From: a phage
Direction: 5' to 3' (one strand)
Sequence record: PZ154897.1
Length of the DNA stretch: 64,000 bases
The notes beneath the pieces are model-generated. The model had not been told where the DNA came from and searched no databases. It saw nothing but the letters and a program-made list of their open reading frames with translations. The position numbers and the translations under genes are program-made. Positions 59,939 to 64,000 of this stretch are shown one piece after another (position 1 is the first letter of the stretch; every line of letters starts with the position of its first letter).

Positions 59939-61398
59939 CAGATATTGTACTGAATGACTTACCATTCGTTGACGGCCCTCCTGCAGAGGGCCAGAGCCGC
60001 ATTTCCTGGATTAAAAACGGCGAAGAAATATTAGGAGCTGACACACAGTATGGAAGTGAAGGTTCAATGAATAGACCTACAGTTTCTGTACTAAGAAATG
60101 TTGAAGTTCTTGATAAAAACATTGGAATACTTAAAACATCTTTAGAATCCGCGAATAGTGATATTAAAACAATTCAGGGCATCTTAGATGTATCTGGTGA
60201 TATTGAAGCTTTGGCCCAAATAAGTATCAATAAAAATGATATTTCTGACCTTAAAACGCTAACCAGTGAACATACAGAAATATTAAATGGGACTAATAGT
60301 ACTGTTGACAGCATTCTTGCTGATATTGGTCCATTTAACTCCGAGGCCAACTCTGTATACAGAACGATCAGAAATGATTTACTGTGGATAAAGCGTGAAC
60401 TTGGACAATATACAGGCCAAGATATTAATGGTCTTCCTGTTGTAGGAAATCCTAGCACAGGAATGAAGCATCGCATTATTAATAATACTGATGTCATCAC
60501 TTCACAGGGAATACGTTTAAGCGAATTAGAAACAAAATTTATTGAATCTGATGTAGGTTCTTTAACTATTGAAGTTGGCAATCTTCGCGAAGAGCTTGGA
60601 CCGAAACCACCGTCATTTTCACAAAACATCTACAGTCGTTTAAATGAAATTGACACTAAACAGACAACAGTTGAGTCTGACATTAGTGCTATTAAGACCT
60701 CAATAGGATATCCAGGAAATAATTCGATTATTACGAGTGTTAATACAAACACTGATAATATTGCATCTATTAATTTAGAGCTAAATCAAAGTGGAGGTAT
60801 TAAACAGCGTTTAACCGTTATTGAAACTTCTATTGGTTCAGATGATATTCCTTCGAGTATTAAAGGCCAAATCAAAGATAATACAACTTCAATTGAAGCT
60901 CTAAATGGAATCGTCGGTGAAAACACTTCATCCGGTTTAAGAGCGAATGTTTCGTGGTTAAACCAAATTGTTGGAACTGATTCTAGCGGTGGACAACCTT
61001 CTCCTCCTGGGTCTCTTTTAAACCGAGTTTCTACAATTGAAACTTCTGTTTCAAGCTTGAATAACGATGTTCAAAACCTACAAGTAGAGATTGGTAATAA
61101 CAGCACAGGAATTAAAGGGCAAGTTGTAGCGTTAAATACTTTAGTAAATGGAACTAATCCAAACGGTTCAACAGTCGAAGAACGTGGATTAACCAATTCA
61201 ATAAAAGCTAACGAAACCAACATTGCATCAGTTACACAAGAAGTGAATACAGCCAAAGGTAGTATATCTTCTCTGCAAGGTGATGTTCAAGCTCTACAAG
61301 AAGCAGGTTATATTCCTGAAGCTCCAAAAGATGGTCAAGCTTACGTTCGTAAAGACGGCGAATGGGTATTACTTTCTACCTTTTTATCACCAGCATAA
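59935..61398 (+). CDS. wac: Fibritin (whisker) with C-terminal foldon
   Basis: 487 aa; coiled-coil heptads; C-terminus [30 protein letters not shown] is the foldon. Confidence 0.95.
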   Translation: MTDIVLNDLPFVDGPPAEGQSRISWIKNGEEILGADTQYGSEGSMNRPTVSVLRNVEVLDKNIGILKTSLESANSDIKTIQGILDVSGDIEALAQISINKNDISDLKTLTSEHTEILNGTNSTVDSILADIGPFNSEANSVYRTIRNDLLWIKRELGQYTGQDINGLPVVGNPSTGMKHRIINNTDVITSQGIRLSELETKFIESDVGSLTIEVGNLREELGPKPPSFSQNIYSRLNEIDTKQTTVESDISAIKTSIGYPGNNSIITSVNTNTDNIASINLELNQSGGIKQRLTVIETSIGSDDIPSSIKGQIKDNTTSIEALNGIVGENTSSGLRANVSWLNQIVGTDSSGGQPSPPGSLLNRVSTIETSVSSLNNDVQNLQVEIGNNSTGIKGQVVALNTLVNGTNPNGSTVEERGLTNSIKANETNIASVTQEVNTAKGSISSLQGDVQALQEAGYIPEAPKDGQAYVRKDGEWVLLSTFLSPA

Positions 61399-61399
61399 C

Positions 61400-61430
61400 A
61401 TGGGGCCGCAAGGCCCCAAAGGATTTTTAA
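61400..61430 (+). terminator. Hairpin after wac (GGGGCC-GCAA-GGCCCC); terminator or RNA-stabilising element
   Basis: Inverted repeat 61402-61417; T-run 61424-61428 separated from the stem by the gene 13 SD. Confidence 0.4.
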
Positions 61431-63132
<1,702 letters not shown>

Positions 63133-63173
63133 TAAATATTATAAACTAATTAAAGCCCAGATTAGGAGAAATC

Positions 63174-63992
63174 ATGTTTGGTTATTTTTATAATTCGTCT
63201 TTTAGACGATATGCTACCTTGATGGGCGATTTGTTTTCAAATATCCAAATCAAACGTCAGTTAGAATCTGGTGATAAGTTTATACGTGTTCCTATTACGT
63301 ATGCATCAAAGGAACACTTCATGATGAAATTAAATAAATGGACATCGATAAATTCGCAAGAAGATGTAGCTAAAGTTGAAACTATTCTACCTCGTATAAA
63401 TTTACATTTAGTTGATTTTAGCTATAATGCTCCATTTAAAACAAACATTTTAAATCAGAATTTACTGCAAAAAGGCGCAACTTCTGTAGTATCACAGTAT
63501 AATCCATCTCCTATTAAAATGATTTATGAATTGAGTATCTTTACTCGTTACGAAGATGATATGTTTCAAATAGTTGAGCAGATTCTTCCATATTTTCAAC
63601 CTCATTTTAATACAACCATGTACGAACAGTTTGGAAATGATATTCCATTTAAAAGGGATATTAAAATTGTACTGATGTCTGCTGCTATAGATGAAGCTAT
63701 AGATGGAGATAATTTATCTCGTCGTAGAATTGAATGGTCACTAACATTTGAAGTAAATGGGTGGATGTATCCTCCAGTAGATGATGCAGAAGGATTAATT
63801 CGTACTACTTATACAGATTTTCACGCCAACACAAGAGATTTGCCTGATGGCGAAGGTGTTTTTGAATCTGTAGATAGCGAAGTTGTTCCTCGAGATATTA
63901 ACCCAGAAGACTGGGATGGAACAGTAAAACAAACTTTCACTAGCAATGTAAATAGACCAACACCGCCAGAACCTCCTGGCCCAAGAACATAG
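63174..63992 (+). CDS. 15: Tail sheath stabiliser / connector gp15
   Basis: 272 aa; SD AGGAGA. Confidence 0.9.
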   Translation: MFGYFYNSSFRRYATLMGDLFSNIQIKRQLESGDKFIRVPITYASKEHFMMKLNKWTSINSQEDVAKVETILPRINLHLVDFSYNAPFKTNILNQNLLQKGATSVVSQYNPSPIKMIYELSIFTRYEDDMFQIVEQILPYFQPHFNTTMYEQFGNDIPFKRDIKIVLMSAAIDEAIDGDNLSRRRIEWSLTFEVNGWMYPPVDDAEGLIRTTYTDFHANTRDLPDGEGVFESVDSEVVPRDINPEDWDGTVKQTFTSNVNRPTPPEPPGPRT

Positions 63993-64000
63993 AGGTTATT

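Overview
This window is a contiguous segment of a T4-like (Tevenvirinae) lytic phage genome, AT-rich, with two oppositely oriented gene blocks. Positions 1-45706 are an early/middle block on the minus strand: recombination nuclease genes 46 (truncated at the window start) and 47, alpha-glucosyltransferase, late sigma factor gp55, the anaerobic ribonucleotide reductase module nrdH/nrdG/nrdD, endonuclease VII (49), nrdC thioredoxin, rI, tk, regB, a GrcA-like glycyl-radical protein, denV, lysozyme e, nudE, a tRNA cluster (Gln-Leu-Gly-Pro-Ser-Thr-Ile, then segB, then tRNA-Arg), 57B (Acb1-like 2H phosphoesterase), 57A, and genes 1, 3, 2 and 4. Positions 45754-63992 are a late structural block on the plus strand: baseplate and fiber genes 53, 5, 5.1, 5.4 (PAAR), 6, 7, 8, 9, 10, 11, 12, wac (fibritin with C-terminal foldon), 13, 14 and 15. 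Gene lengths and order match phage T4 closely, but nrdD is a single uninterrupted 605-aa ORF, so the T4 nrdD intron is absent. The accessory content is where the interest lies: five homing-endonuclease genes (two HNH, two GIY-YIG-type plus segB), a tandem four-member paralog family with coiled-coil tails, a nucleotidyltransferase/P-loop ATPase gene pair, a macro-domain protein, capsid-targeting-sequence (internal-protein-like) genes embedded in repeated promoter and terminator cassettes, and small membrane-protein paralogs whose shared C-terminal motif coincides with the next gene's ribosome-binding site. No CRISPR array, integrase or transposase is visible. The ORF track accepts GTG/TTG starts and takes the longest ORF, so several N-termini were trimmed to an internal ATG or GTG with a Shine-Dalgarno sequence. 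All identifications rest on reading the translations and motifs from memory of the families; no database search was run.
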